DNA of 64,000 nt from contig JAAYZR010000009.1 of the NCBI GenBank assembly GCA_012514745.1, positions 10,045-74,044 on the forward strand, read 5' to 3'. Position 1 is the first letter of the stretch. Each line of letters starts with the position of its first letter. The stretch is from Candidatus Undivivens industriae. GTDB lineage: Bacteria > Omnitrophota > Gorgyraeia > Gygaellales > Profunditerraquicolaceae. The translations under genes were made by a program, and so were the position numbers. This document shows, piece after piece, positions 1-10,089 of the stretch. Below the pieces are notes generated by a model. It saw only the letters and a list, made by a program, of their open reading frames with translations. It searched no databases and was not told where the DNA came from.

Positions 1-935
1 GCTCCACATCCTGTCCACACGTCATTTTGAGAAAGAAGATGATGGAAGAAGTCCTGAAGGACAGGCGTGTCCCGTTGCTGCTACTGGACCTGGCGGTGCC
101 CAGGGATATCGACCCGCAAGTCAAGGGGATACCCGGGGCGCTGCTTTACGATCTGGACGATCTGAAGCCGTTGGTTGAGGAGAGCTATAGGAATAGGATT
201 AAAGAAGCGGAGAGAGCGGAGGATGTTATCGAAGAAGCGATGGGAACGTTATATAAATGCGGAGCGTTGTTGAGGATAGGTACCAGGAACAGTCCGCTTG
301 CCTTGAAACAGGTGCAGGAGATTATCGGTTACCTGCGTGATCGCGGGGTAACGGTTAACGCGGAGATCGTGGGCATAGATACGGCCGGAGACAGGAACAA
401 GAATGTGCCGATATCGGAAATAGAGGGGACTGATTTCTTTACCCGGGAAATAGAAGAAGCGCTTTTGGACAGGACCGTGGATATAGCGGTGCACAGCGCC
501 AAGGATCTCGCCGATTCTCTTCCCGCAGGCCTGCGCGTGGCGGCGGTGACACGCTGTATTGATATTTACGATGCTCTGGTATCAAAGAACAATTTGCCCC
601 TGGAAAAGCTGCCGTGCGGGGCAAAGGTCGCGGCGAGCAGTTCCCGAAGGAAAGAGCAGTTAAAATCCTATAGGGATGATCTCGATATCGTGGATATAAG
701 AGGCAATGTGGAGGAACGTCTGAAGAAATTCGACGAATCCGGTCTTGACGCGATGGTGCTCGCCGCTTGTGGATTAAAACGCCTCGGACTGGAACACCGG
801 ATCGCCCAGCGTATACCGCTGGAAATTTTGAGGCCACATCCTTTGCAGGGCCGTCTCGCGGTTCAGACGCGTAATGACGACATTGAATTGGCCGGAATGC
901 TCTCTGGAATAGATACGCGGAAGGCGGTGTCGTGA
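1..935 (+). CDS. hemC: Hydroxymethylbilane synthase (porphobilinogen deaminase). The first ~80 codons are the C-terminal part of glutamyl-tRNA reductase (HemA) read through in the same frame; the frame is open from the window edge.
   Basis: HemA-like motifs LLLDLAVPRDIDP and LYDLDDL, then the HemC signature ALLRIGTRNSPLALKQ ... DIAVHSAKDL. No stop codon between the two parts. Confidence 0.8.
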   Translation, partial: STSCPHVILRKKMMEEVLKDRRVPLLLLDLAVPRDIDPQVKGIPGALLYDLDDLKPLVEESYRNRIKEAERAEDVIEEAMGTLYKCGALLRIGTRNSPLALKQVQEIIGYLRDRGVTVNAEIVGIDTAGDRNKNVPISEIEGTDFFTREIEEALLDRTVDIAVHSAKDLADSLPAGLRVAAVTRCIDIYDALVSKNNLPLEKLPCGAKVAASSSRRKEQLKSYRDDLDIVDIRGNVEERLKKFDESGLDAMVLAACGLKRLGLEHRIAQRIPLEILRPHPLQGRLAVQTRNDDIELAGMLSGIDTRKAVS

Positions 936-2338
936 GCGCGCAAAAGGTTTATCTTGTGGGAGCGGGTCCGGAGGCCTCACTGATCACGGTGCGGGGGCTT
1001 GAGGTGCTGCGACAGGCGGACGTGGTGATCTACGATTATCTGGTTGATGAAAGGCTTATAGAGAATGTTAAGGAAGGCGCCGAACTCATTGCCTGCGGTG
1101 GATTGGGTAAAAGTAAGTGTTTGGGCGCTGCCCCTGATCCGCAAAAGAAGATTAACGCCCTGATGGTCAAGAAGGCCGGGGAAGGCAGGCGGGTCGTCAG
1201 GCTGAAAAGCGGGGACCCGGCCATTTTTAGCAGGCTTTCCGAGGAGCTGGATGTTTTATCGGAGCTCGGGATAGAGTTCGAAGTGATCCCTGGAGTGAGT
1301 GCGGCGAGTGCCGCCGCCTGTCTGTCCGGGATATCCCTGACCGGGAGGAAAACGGCTTCGAGCCTGGTTTTCGTAACTGGTCATGAAGACGATAAAAAAG
1401 GGGCCGAGGCCGTGGACTGGGGACAGGTTTCACGATGCGGGACTATCGTTTTGTATATGTCAGCGGGGAATATCGGGGAAATCGCCGGTAAATTGATGAA
1501 AACCGGTAAACCCGGGAATACCCCGGTTGTCGCTGTCGAGCGGATCGGAAGCGCTGATGGTAGAATGGTTCGTTCAACTCTGGAAAACATTGCCTCCGCT
1601 TCCTCAGAAGGGGGAATAGGGTCTCCAGCGGTATTCATCATGGGAAGGAGCGCCGCTACCGGAAAAAGCTCGGCTGCCACCGTGGGCAGGGCTTTGTTTA
1701 CCGGATTGTCGGAGGAAAGATTTTTCGCTGGCAGACGGTGTTTCCATCTGCCTATGATAAGGATCGCCCCTTTAACGGACTATGGGGAATTGGACGCGCA
1801 TTTGAAAAATATAGGGAATTTTGACCGGATAATATTTACCAGCCGCTACGGCGCCCGCTATTTTTTCATGCGGCTGAATGCCTTGGGTTTAGATTCACGG
1901 GCGCTTCGGGGGATCGGTATAACGGCAATAGGAAGTTCCACCCGGAAATGCCTGCAAGGTTTCGGCATCCTCGCCGATATGGTGCCGGAGAGGGAATCCT
2001 CCGAGGGGCTGCTTGATGAATTCGCGAAGATGAACATGCGCGGGGAGAAAATATTCCTGCCGCGTTCCGACCTTTCCGACAAAGGTATGACCGAAAGGCT
2101 CGAGAGGATGGGCGCTGAAGTCACCGCCTGCGTAGCCTACAGGAACATGGCGCCTTCCTTTCTGCCCGATATCGATTTCAGCGTTTTTGACGAGATAATA
2201 TTCACTAGTCCTTCGGGCGTGCGCAACTTCGTGAAGAGGTACGGTAATGAACTGCCGGTGAGGGTCAGAATAACCTGTATCGGCGGGGTGACTTTAAGAG
2301 AGGCGGGAAAATGCGGTTTAGCAGAACTCGAAGATTGA
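932..2338 (+). CDS. cobA-hemD: Bifunctional uroporphyrinogen-III C-methyltransferase (SUMT) / uroporphyrinogen-III synthase (CobA-HemD fusion).
   Basis: N-terminal VYLVGAGPE...VVIYD...GDP tetrapyrrole methylase motifs. The C-terminal ~230 aa resemble HemD (IIFTS...GVRNF). Start overlaps the hemC stop by 4 nt. Confidence 0.8.
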   Translation: MSAQKVYLVGAGPEASLITVRGLEVLRQADVVIYDYLVDERLIENVKEGAELIACGGLGKSKCLGAAPDPQKKINALMVKKAGEGRRVVRLKSGDPAIFSRLSEELDVLSELGIEFEVIPGVSAASAAACLSGISLTGRKTASSLVFVTGHEDDKKGAEAVDWGQVSRCGTIVLYMSAGNIGEIAGKLMKTGKPGNTPVVAVERIGSADGRMVRSTLENIASASSEGGIGSPAVFIMGRSAATGKSSAATVGRALFTGLSEERFFAGRRCFHLPMIRIAPLTDYGELDAHLKNIGNFDRIIFTSRYGARYFFMRLNALGLDSRALRGIGITAIGSSTRKCLQGFGILADMVPERESSEGLLDEFAKMNMRGEKIFLPRSDLSDKGMTERLERMGAEVTACVAYRNMAPSFLPDIDFSVFDEIIFTSPSGVRNFVKRYGNELPVRVRITCIGGVTLREAGKCGLAELED

Positions 2339-3297
2339 GGGGAAGCGGTTCTCTCAGGGACCTTGTCGGCCAGACCTGTCTTCTCCCCGGAGAATTGATA
2401 ATGCCCTGTTTCGTCCTGGAGGGTGCCGGCAGGAAAGAACGGATCGAGCGTATGTCGGGGGTTTTCCGTTTATCGGTGGACAATCTGCTGGGAGAATTGG
2501 ATGAAGCACTGGCCGCGGGGATAAAGACCGTGCTTCTTTTCGGTGTTCCCGGCCGCAAGGACGCGAAAGCCTCGGTGGCTTATTCGGAAAGCGGGATCGT
2601 CCAGAAAACCGTGCGCGCGATCAAAAAGCGCATCAGCGGCATGACGGTGATCACCGACGTCTGTCTCTGCGCCTATACCGCGCACGGGCATTGCGGTATC
2701 GTCAGGAAACGCAGCGGCGGATTCACCATAGACAATGATGAGAGTATAGCGGTTTTGTCCAGGATCGCCTTGTCCCATGCCGCCGCGGGGGCGGATTTCG
2801 TGGCACCGTCGGCGATGATGGACGGGCAGGTGGGGGCGATAAGGGAAGGATTGGACGCGAACGGTTTCAAGGAGGCGGGGATACTGGCTTATTCTGCGAA
2901 ATACTGCTCGAATTTCTACGGTCCCTTCCGGGAAGCGCTTGATTCCGCTCCGGAATTCGGGGACAGGAAGACCTACCAGATGGACTTTCGTAATTCCGAC
3001 GAGGCGCTCAGAGAGATAAAGAACGATATAGATGAGGGGGCGGATATAGTGATGGTGAAGCCGGCCTTGGCTTACCTGGACATTATAAGCCGGGCAAAAC
3101 GTTCGTTCAATGTCCCTCTCGCCGCTTACAGCGTCAGCGGAGAATATGCGATGCTAAAGGAATACGCGCGGGACAAAGAGGAGGAAAAACGCCTGTTTTT
3201 CGAGACCCTGACCGGGATAAAAAGGGCGGGGGCGGATATGATTATTACCTATTACGCCAAAGAGGCGGCAAAATTGCTTAAGGAAAGAAAGTTTTGA
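2311..3297 (+). CDS. hemB: Porphobilinogen synthase (delta-aminolevulinate dehydratase).
   Basis: RTRRLRGS N-terminus, DVCLCAYTAHGHCG metal site, and the active-site lysine region MVKPALAYLDII. Confidence 0.85.
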   Translation: MRFSRTRRLRGSGSLRDLVGQTCLLPGELIMPCFVLEGAGRKERIERMSGVFRLSVDNLLGELDEALAAGIKTVLLFGVPGRKDAKASVAYSESGIVQKTVRAIKKRISGMTVITDVCLCAYTAHGHCGIVRKRSGGFTIDNDESIAVLSRIALSHAAAGADFVAPSAMMDGQVGAIREGLDANGFKEAGILAYSAKYCSNFYGPFREALDSAPEFGDRKTYQMDFRNSDEALREIKNDIDEGADIVMVKPALAYLDIISRAKRSFNVPLAAYSVSGEYAMLKEYARDKEEEKRLFFETLTGIKRAGADMIITYYAKEAAKLLKERKF

Positions 3298-4589
3298 AGA
3301 TAGAGAATTCAAGACGTCTGTTCGAGGAAGCGCGAAAATACATCCCCGGCGGCGTGGACAGCCCGGTGCGGTCTTATAAAGCCGTGGGCGGCACCCCGCT
3401 GTTCATCGACAGCGCCCGGGGAGCGTTGATCCGCGACGCCGACGGCAACGAATATCTGGATTACGTGATGTCCTGGGGGGCGCTGATTCTTGGGCACGCC
3501 CATCCGCTGGTGGTGGAAGCGGTATGTAAGGCGGCCGGAAAGGGGACGAGTTTCGGCGCGCCGACGTATAAGGAAACGGAACTGGCCCGGATGATCTGCG
3601 GGGCTTTCCCTTCGATCGGCATGGTGAGGTTCGTCAGTTCCGGGACAGAGGCGGCAATGAGCGCGCTAAGGCTGGCGCGGGCTTATACCGGACGTGATAA
3701 AATCATAAAATTTGCCGGCTGTTACCACGGCCACGCCGACAGCCTGTTGGCGGAAGCCGGTTCAGGCGCAGCCGCGCTGGGGATCCCTGGCAGTGCGGGA
3801 GTGACGAAAGGCGCTGCGGCGGATACGCTCGTTCTGCCGTATAACGACATTGGAGTTTTCCGCAAGACTATGGAGCAATACGGAGAGCGGATTGCCTGCG
3901 TTATCGTAGAGCCGGCGGCAGGCAATATGGGGACCGTTCCAGGGGACCCGGCATTTCTTGTTTCTCTGCGTTCTCTCACGCGGGAGTTCGGGGCGCTTCT
4001 TATCTTCGACGAGGTGATCTCCGGATTCCGTCTGGCCTATGGGGGCGCGCAAACAATATATAACATAACGCCAGATTTGACATGCCTCGGCAAGATAATC
4101 GGGGGGGGATTGCCGGCCGGGGCTTTCGGCGGGAGAAAAGAGATAATGGAATACCTTGCTCCGCTCGGCCCGGTGTATCAGGCCGGGACCTTGTCCGGCA
4201 ACCCTGTCGCCATGTCGGCTGGCGTCGAAACCCTCAAGCTTCTCCTGAACGGAAAAGTATACGGACAGCTTGAAGCGAAAGCGCGGGCTTTACAAACGGG
4301 ATTCGAAGAAAATGCAGGGAAGTCTGGCCTCGTCGTATCCTGTGTCCGGTCGGCTTCCATGCTTACGTTGTTTTTTACCGGCAGGAAGGTTGTCAATTAT
4401 GATACGGCGCAGAGTTCTGACCAGGTGGCTTACACCGATTATTTCCGGGCTATGCTTGAGAGCGGCGTCTATCTGCCTCCGGCGCAGTTCGAGGCGTTGT
4501 TCGTTTCAGCAAGCCATACGGACGATGACATTGAACGGACGATCACGGTTTTTAAGAAATATTGCGCGTCATTGAAGCCTCTCCTTTGA
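3294..4589 (+). CDS. hemL: Glutamate-1-semialdehyde 2,1-aminomutase.
   Basis: SPVRSYKAVGG...YLDYVMSWGALILGHAHP class-III aminotransferase pattern typical of HemL; overlaps the hemB stop by 4 nt. Confidence 0.9.
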   Translation: MKIENSRRLFEEARKYIPGGVDSPVRSYKAVGGTPLFIDSARGALIRDADGNEYLDYVMSWGALILGHAHPLVVEAVCKAAGKGTSFGAPTYKETELARMICGAFPSIGMVRFVSSGTEAAMSALRLARAYTGRDKIIKFAGCYHGHADSLLAEAGSGAAALGIPGSAGVTKGAAADTLVLPYNDIGVFRKTMEQYGERIACVIVEPAAGNMGTVPGDPAFLVSLRSLTREFGALLIFDEVISGFRLAYGGAQTIYNITPDLTCLGKIIGGGLPAGAFGGRKEIMEYLAPLGPVYQAGTLSGNPVAMSAGVETLKLLLNGKVYGQLEAKARALQTGFEENAGKSGLVVSCVRSASMLTLFFTGRKVVNYDTAQSSDQVAYTDYFRAMLESGVYLPPAQFEALFVSASHTDDDIERTITVFKKYCASLKPLL

Positions 4590-4783
4590 GATGAGGCGGA
4601 ATATTCTTTCTGCCGGTCGCAGCGCGGCGCCCGGGTTTGACGTCAACGATATACTATCAGTACATTAAATGGCATATATAGGTTTTACCCTGTCTTTCCG
4701 GGAAAAACTCAGGCGGTGCGGGAGTTCATCCCCTCTCCGGATAAAACGGGCAGGAGACATTTCTACCGGAAGGATAACCGGAA

Positions 4784-6097
4784 ATGAACGTCAAGGAACA
4801 GGCCGTGCCGGGTAACGACGATATTCCTTCCTGCGTCCTTGCGCAGGGGCTTGGCCGCTGCATTGACTGCGGGAAATACGTCCCGGCGCGCTTGGTCTTT
4901 GAGGACGGGTTCACCTATATTCTCAAGGAGTGCCCTTTCGACAAGACGAAATCGAAAGAGCTCTGGTTCAAGGGCAAATGGAAAGGCAATCCCTGGAAAA
5001 GGATTCCCGCTTACTGGCCTCATAAAGAGGCGCACAGTGATCGGAGTCTGCATTGGGAACAGTCCGACCACAAACTCCTTATACTTTCCATAAAACTCGG
5101 CACTGAATGCTCCGCCCGCTGCCGCATCTGCACGCTTGCCTCCCGGAGGATCAACAAAGGGCAGTCCGTCCGGTTCGACCCGGCCACGGCCGAGAAGATG
5201 ATCGCCTCCCATAAAGGGAAGATTATTTCGTTCTGCATGGTGGAACCCACGGAAAGCGAATATTTACCCGGCCTTATCAGGTTCGCTTCACGGAGGAAAT
5301 TCGTGACCGTCATCTCCAGCAACGGCCTGAAACTCGCCGACTGTGCTTATCTGAAAATCCTGAAAGACGCCGGGTTGAATTATCTTTTTCTTTCTTTCGA
5401 TGGCTTCGACGAAGAGCTCTGCGAGGTCCTGAGGGGAGGAAGGCACCAGTATCACCTGAAACTCAAGGCGCTTGAGAATCTTAAGGCGGAAAAGATGAAA
5501 GTTGGCATCAAAGCGGTTATGGTCAAGGGGCTGAACGAGAAGCAGGTCGGGCCGCTGCTGGATTACGCGCTAAAGAACAATTTTATCAGCGAGATGTCCT
5601 TCCAGTCCTTGAGCCTCGGCGGAGCGGAAGAGGGCGGCGGTTTCGACAAGAACAGCCTGATGTCCGTGGACGAAATGAAGGAACTTGTAAACGGGGCGCT
5701 CGGCATATCCGGAGAATATTTTGAATACTGGGACGAGTTGAAGATCAACCTCGCGGCGATCCTGGCAAGATTCCCTTTTATCAGGGTTCCCCCGTTCGAG
5801 CTAGATACCATTTATTTCCTGAGAAAAAAAGGGGGGGCGTTTCCATTGCTCGATATAGCACTCCTGAAACGGATAGTCGCGTTGCTGCGCGACGGCAGGG
5901 CGGTTGGGCTGACTGCGGCCTGTTTTCATTTTCTCAACTCGCTGTCCGGTTTTATCCTGAAAGAGATGATCATCGGAAGGCGCTCCCTGGAGACCAACGA
6001 CAGCGTCTTGCGCGTCAAAATAAGGTCTTTCGCCGGGACCCGTTTCTTCAGCTATCCCGGGATGACGGTGCGCAGGAAAGCGATGTTCAGGCCATGA
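4784..6097 (+). CDS. Radical SAM protein with an N-terminal Cys4 (zinc-ribbon-like) domain; specific function unknown.
   Basis: CxxxCxxC motif CSARCRIC about 110 aa from the N-terminus. N-terminal C-x9-C-x2-C-x19-C. No C-terminal Cys cluster (no SPASM). Lies directly after the heme precursor operon behind a ~190-nt leader. Confidence 0.6.
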   Translation: MNVKEQAVPGNDDIPSCVLAQGLGRCIDCGKYVPARLVFEDGFTYILKECPFDKTKSKELWFKGKWKGNPWKRIPAYWPHKEAHSDRSLHWEQSDHKLLILSIKLGTECSARCRICTLASRRINKGQSVRFDPATAEKMIASHKGKIISFCMVEPTESEYLPGLIRFASRRKFVTVISSNGLKLADCAYLKILKDAGLNYLFLSFDGFDEELCEVLRGGRHQYHLKLKALENLKAEKMKVGIKAVMVKGLNEKQVGPLLDYALKNNFISEMSFQSLSLGGAEEGGGFDKNSLMSVDEMKELVNGALGISGEYFEYWDELKINLAAILARFPFIRVPPFELDTIYFLRKKGGAFPLLDIALLKRIVALLRDGRAVGLTAACFHFLNSLSGFILKEMIIGRRSLETNDSVLRVKIRSFAGTRFFSYPGMTVRRKAMFRP

Positions 6098-6116
6098 TGA
6101 TGAGGGATGGGACGGC

Positions 6117-7484
6117 ATGATAAAGATCAGAGGGCTTACTTATACCTATCCGGCAGCGGAGGCTCCGTCTTTACGGGGGATAGACCTGGATATAGGCGGC
6201 GGAGAGGTTGTTTTGCTGGAAGGTGATTCCGGATCTGGCAAATCCACGCTCTTGTATTGTTTGAACGGTATTATCCCCCGGTTTTACGGCGGGCGTTTTG
6301 AAGGGGAAGTGGTCGTGAACGGTTTTGATCCTTCAGCTCTTCCCGTGCCGCGGATGGCGCGGGAAGCCGGGATGGTCTTTCAGAATCCCGAATCGCAGAT
6401 ATTCATGCCCACTGTCCTGGAGGACGTGGCCTTCGGCTGCAGAAACTTCGGGATGCCGGAACCGGAAGCGCGGATTCGTTCGCTCGCCGCGCTCGAATAC
6501 ATCAGCCTTGCGCGGCTGACCGGAGCTGCCGTTGATGAATTATCAGGCGGACAGAAACAGCGCCTGGCCATAGCCGGCGTATACGCCCCCGGGCCGAAGG
6601 TTTTTCTTTTCGATGAAGCCGCAGGCGACCTCGACGGGAAAGGGAAGGCCGGGTTCGCCGGGATAATAGGAAAATTGAAGTCGCAGGGAGCAGCGATAAT
6701 CATTGCCGAGCATGAGCCGGAATATCTCGGGGAAGTTATTGACCGGAAAATATATCTTGAAGACGGGCGCATCCTGCCGGGGAAACCCGCGGAAGCGCCT
6801 TTCACTTCCCGGAAAAAGTCTCTTCATGTTTGCGGAGGGCCGCTTCTGGAGATAAAAAGAATGGGTTTTCGTTATAACCGCGGCGGGCAAGTCTTGCGGG
6901 AGATTGGTTTGGAATTCCGGACAGGGGAATTCACGGCTGTCACCGGCGATAACGGCAGTGGCAAGACCACGCTTTTCAAGTTGATCTCCGGGGTACTCAA
7001 ACCTTCAGAAGGCCGGGTCGCATTCGACGGCCTGCCACGCTACGGGCTGGATGATGTTTGCGGCAGAATAGGGCTCCTTTTTCAGAATCCGGACGAACAA
7101 CTGTTCGCGGCCACGGTGGAGGACGAAATAGCTTTCGGCCCGCGCCGTCTCGGCAGGGAATTCGACGCCGGCGAATACCTTAAGAAATCCGGGATGGTAA
7201 AATACGCCAAGTCATCCCCCTTTCATCTTTCCAGGGGAAAACGGCAGATGGTTGCTTTTCATTCCATATTATCCATGCGTCCCGATCTTCTTATCCTGGA
7301 TGAGCCGACCACCGGTCTCGACCGGTCCGGCTGGTTCGGGCTTATGGAGCTGGCGGCGCGCTTGAACGAGGAAGGCATGACGGTAATCTTTTCGTCTCAT
7401 AATAAGCATGTTGTCGAAATGTACGCCCGCAGGGTGATACGTCTTGAGGAGGGGGAGGTTTCAGAGGATGAGATACGAGTATAA
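6117..7484 (+). CDS. ECF/CbiO-type ABC transporter ATPase with two fused nucleotide-binding domains.
   Basis: Two Walker A sites (GDSGSGKST, GDNGSGKTT), the ABC signature LSGGQKQR, and a degenerate second signature LSRGKRQM. Confidence 0.8.
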   Translation: MIKIRGLTYTYPAAEAPSLRGIDLDIGGGEVVLLEGDSGSGKSTLLYCLNGIIPRFYGGRFEGEVVVNGFDPSALPVPRMAREAGMVFQNPESQIFMPTVLEDVAFGCRNFGMPEPEARIRSLAALEYISLARLTGAAVDELSGGQKQRLAIAGVYAPGPKVFLFDEAAGDLDGKGKAGFAGIIGKLKSQGAAIIIAEHEPEYLGEVIDRKIYLEDGRILPGKPAEAPFTSRKKSLHVCGGPLLEIKRMGFRYNRGGQVLREIGLEFRTGEFTAVTGDNGSGKTTLFKLISGVLKPSEGRVAFDGLPRYGLDDVCGRIGLLFQNPDEQLFAATVEDEIAFGPRRLGREFDAGEYLKKSGMVKYAKSSPFHLSRGKRQMVAFHSILSMRPDLLILDEPTTGLDRSGWFGLMELAARLNEEGMTVIFSSHNKHVVEMYARRVIRLEEGEVSEDEIRV

Positions 7485-8721
7485 CGATACGCTGATACAC
7501 CGCCTGTCTCCGTCGGTGAAGATGATCTACAGCGTGTTGGTTTCATTATCCGCCGCCGTTTCGAATTCCCCCCGCGGGCTGTTGTTTCTGACGGCGGCAG
7601 CGCTGTTCGTGCTTGCGCTTGCCCGCCCCGGTCCGCGCAGGATACGTTTCCTGTTTTTTGCCGCCACAGCCGGAACGGCGGCGACCGTCGCCACCCAGGC
7701 GCTGTTTTATTCTCTTGAGCCGAGGACAGCCGTTTTCACGATCATACCAGCGGGGGATAGCCTGCTTGCACGTTTGACCGGAGGGATTAGCGTTTATAAA
7801 GAAGGGGCGTTCTACGGACTAGTGCAGTCTTTGCGTTTTATCGCGGTCATGCTTATGGCCTCTACGCTGGTGATAAGCACACACCCTGCGCACATACTCA
7901 GGGAATTCAACCGTATGAGGCTGCCGCGTGCCTTTGGTTTCGTCATAGCCATGAGCGTGAAGTTCCTTCCATATTCTCTGGAACGGGCGCACAGGATCAT
8001 CCTGGCTTTGCGGATGCGCGGTATAAAACTGAAGGCCCCGGGAGGGGTGTTTAAGATAGCGAGGTTCGTTCTTACGCCGCTGGTTATGAGTTCCCTGCAG
8101 CAGGCCAGGATCACGGCATTGGCGGTCGAGGTTAGAGGGGGTTCGTTTACGGTTCCGGAGCAGGGGGAGAAGCTGCCGCGGCGGTTTTTCAACTTCAGCA
8201 CCCTGGAACTCGTCACAATGGCCTTTTTCATCGTCCTTATGTACGCAGCGTCGCTGCCTTTCAAAATGGGCCTAAACAGGGCGCCGTTTATGCATAACCT
8301 CTTTTTCTCCTTGCCGTTTTCCTGTATGCTCTTCGCGTGTATACGGCTTATCCCAAAGCGCGGGACGGCCATGTTCCTGATCTGCGGGTACAGCCTGCTC
8401 GTGCAAACCTTGTTCACCGGTATAAATCCTATAAGGTTCATATCGCCGCTGGCGGAGGCGGTAAGTCTGGAATTGTTCTTTCTCTTCAGCCGTAGATACG
8501 CCGACTCATACACTTCGGTTGTCATTGCCGGTATCCTGCGCGGCTTCGTGGTTTGCTTGTTTTTCTATCTGGTAGCCGCGCCTTATATATGGCATAGATT
8601 TTACGCGCCCTGGTACGTCTGGTTCCACATCATCCAGAACGTTGCGGGATCGGTCGCCGGCGGTATCCTTGGGTTCCGGCTCGGTTCTTTAATCAAGACT
8701 GCGGATAACCGGGCTGATTGA
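7444..8721 (+). CDS. ECF transporter transmembrane (EcfT/CbiQ-like) protein with an extra ~180-aa polytopic C-terminal domain, possibly a fused S component. The true start may be the second ATG at 7468.
   Basis: CbiQ-like N-terminal half ([11 protein letters not shown]...ALRMRGI). Hydrophobic multi-helix C-terminal half. Overlaps the ATPase gene. Confidence 0.6.
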   Translation: MRRGRFQRMRYEYNDTLIHRLSPSVKMIYSVLVSLSAAVSNSPRGLLFLTAAALFVLALARPGPRRIRFLFFAATAGTAATVATQALFYSLEPRTAVFTIIPAGDSLLARLTGGISVYKEGAFYGLVQSLRFIAVMLMASTLVISTHPAHILREFNRMRLPRAFGFVIAMSVKFLPYSLERAHRIILALRMRGIKLKAPGGVFKIARFVLTPLVMSSLQQARITALAVEVRGGSFTVPEQGEKLPRRFFNFSTLELVTMAFFIVLMYAASLPFKMGLNRAPFMHNLFFSLPFSCMLFACIRLIPKRGTAMFLICGYSLLVQTLFTGINPIRFISPLAEAVSLELFFLFSRRYADSYTSVVIAGILRGFVVCLFFYLVAAPYIWHRFYAPWYVWFHIIQNVAGSVAGGILGFRLGSLIKTADNRAD

Positions 8722-8725
8722 TCGT

Positions 8726-9154
8726 ATGGATAAAAAGAGGGTTTTGTTCATTTGCGCGCATAATTCAGCCAGGTCTCAGATGGCCGAGGCTTTCCTGAAG
8801 AAATACGCGGGAGACCGTTTTGAAGTGGAAAGCGCGGGGCTTCAGCCAGGGGTGTTGAATCCGGCGGCGGTGGAGGTGATGAGAGAAGCAGGGATCGATA
8901 TCTCGCGGAACAAGACCAAAAGCGTTCTGGATCTGCATAAACAAGGCAGGCAGTACGATTATGTCATCACCGTCTGCGATGAATCGCAATCCGGGACATG
9001 CCCGGTTTTCCCCGGCGCGGGGGAGCGTCTTCATTGGGATTTTCCGGATCCCGCGCGCTTCGAGGGAACTTTCGAGGATAGGCTCGGGCAGACAAGGAAG
9101 GTTAGAGATGCAATCGAGTCCGGAATAAAGCAATGGCTGTTGGAACATCCTTGA
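8726..9154 (+). CDS. arsC: Arsenate reductase, low-molecular-weight phosphotyrosine phosphatase type (thioredoxin-coupled).
   Basis: CAHNSARS P-loop (CX5R) at the N-terminus plus the downstream Cys pair (CDESQSGTC). Confidence 0.7.
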   Translation: MDKKRVLFICAHNSARSQMAEAFLKKYAGDRFEVESAGLQPGVLNPAAVEVMREAGIDISRNKTKSVLDLHKQGRQYDYVITVCDESQSGTCPVFPGAGERLHWDFPDPARFEGTFEDRLGQTRKVRDAIESGIKQWLLEHP

Positions 9155-9182
9155 TCCCATAGATACAGATAAGGAGCGGAGA

Positions 9183-9896
9183 ATGCGCGTGAAAGTGCTT
9201 TTTGACAAGACCGCGAGTAACAAAAAACTCCATACAGGCTGGGGAATTTCTTTCCTGGTGAGCGGCAGGATCATTTTCGACACCGGAGAGAAGGGCTCCT
9301 GGCTGGCGGAGAATATGAGAATGTTGAAGGTGGACCCGGGCAAGATCGAAGCGGCGGTGATCTCGCACGACCATTGGGACCATCAGGGAGGTTTGTGGGA
9401 ATTGCTTAGGCGCAGGAAAGGGCTGCCGGTTTACGCCTGCCCGAATTTCAGCCGGGAATTCAAAGAAAAGGTAAAAAAGCTGAGAGGGCATCTCATAGAG
9501 GCGAAAAAGAAGATGATGGTCGCGGAAGATATTTTCGTCACGGGAGAGGTTGCCGGAGAATACGACGGAAAATATATGCCGGAGCAGGCCATGGTCGTGC
9601 GGACGAAGAAGGGAATATCTGTTTTGACCGGCTGCGCGCATCCCGGCATAATCAGGATACTGCGCAGGGCAAAGAAGATTCTTCCGAAAGAAAAGATACA
9701 CGCCGTCCTGGGAGGTTTTCACCTTGTGAACCGGGATAAAGAAGATATAGAGAAAATAGCCGGTCAATTCAGAAAGTTGGGCGTCCAGAAAGCCGGGGCC
9801 GCGCATTGTTCCGGAGCCGCCGCGGAAATGATATTTAAAGCGTTTTTCAAGAATGACTTTATACGGGTCCAGGCCGGCACGGGAATAGAGGTTTAG
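9183..9896 (+). CDS. MBL-fold metallo-hydrolase.
   Basis: HDHWDH (HxHxDH) metal-binding motif and downstream His/Asp ligands. The overlapping 308-aa minus-strand ORF is treated as a shadow. Confidence 0.6.
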   Translation: MRVKVLFDKTASNKKLHTGWGISFLVSGRIIFDTGEKGSWLAENMRMLKVDPGKIEAAVISHDHWDHQGGLWELLRRRKGLPVYACPNFSREFKEKVKKLRGHLIEAKKKMMVAEDIFVTGEVAGEYDGKYMPEQAMVVRTKKGISVLTGCAHPGIIRILRRAKKILPKEKIHAVLGGFHLVNRDKEDIEKIAGQFRKLGVQKAGAAHCSGAAAEMIFKAFFKNDFIRVQAGTGIEV

Positions 9897-9990
9897 CGGC
9901 GTTACCGTGAAATCCCGGCGTTTACCTCGGCTTCCAGGGCGCCGGCCCCTGATGCCGACATGCGAGCCGGTCGCCGGCCGGAATATTTTC

Positions 9991-10019
9991 TTGAGATAGA
10001 ATATTCGCGGGTTTATAAT
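9991..10019 (+). promoter_or_regulatory. Sigma70-like promoter TTGAGA-17-TATAAT upstream of the sulfotransferase cassette.
   Basis: -35 TTGAGA at 9991-9996, 17-nt spacer, -10 TATAAT at 10014-10019; strong RBS GGGGGAG before the ATG at 10090. Confidence 0.5.
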
Positions 10020-10089
10020 AAATCTCATTATAAGGCATATACGCGGCTAAGGACAAAAGCGCAATTACTTTCGGGGGAGAAGTGATCGT

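Noticed and set aside
9102-10028. 308-aa minus-strand ORF
   Set aside because: Fully overlaps the + strand MBL hydrolase gene, which has a clear HxHxDH motif. The minus ORF has no recognisable domain and is typical of high-GC shadow frames.
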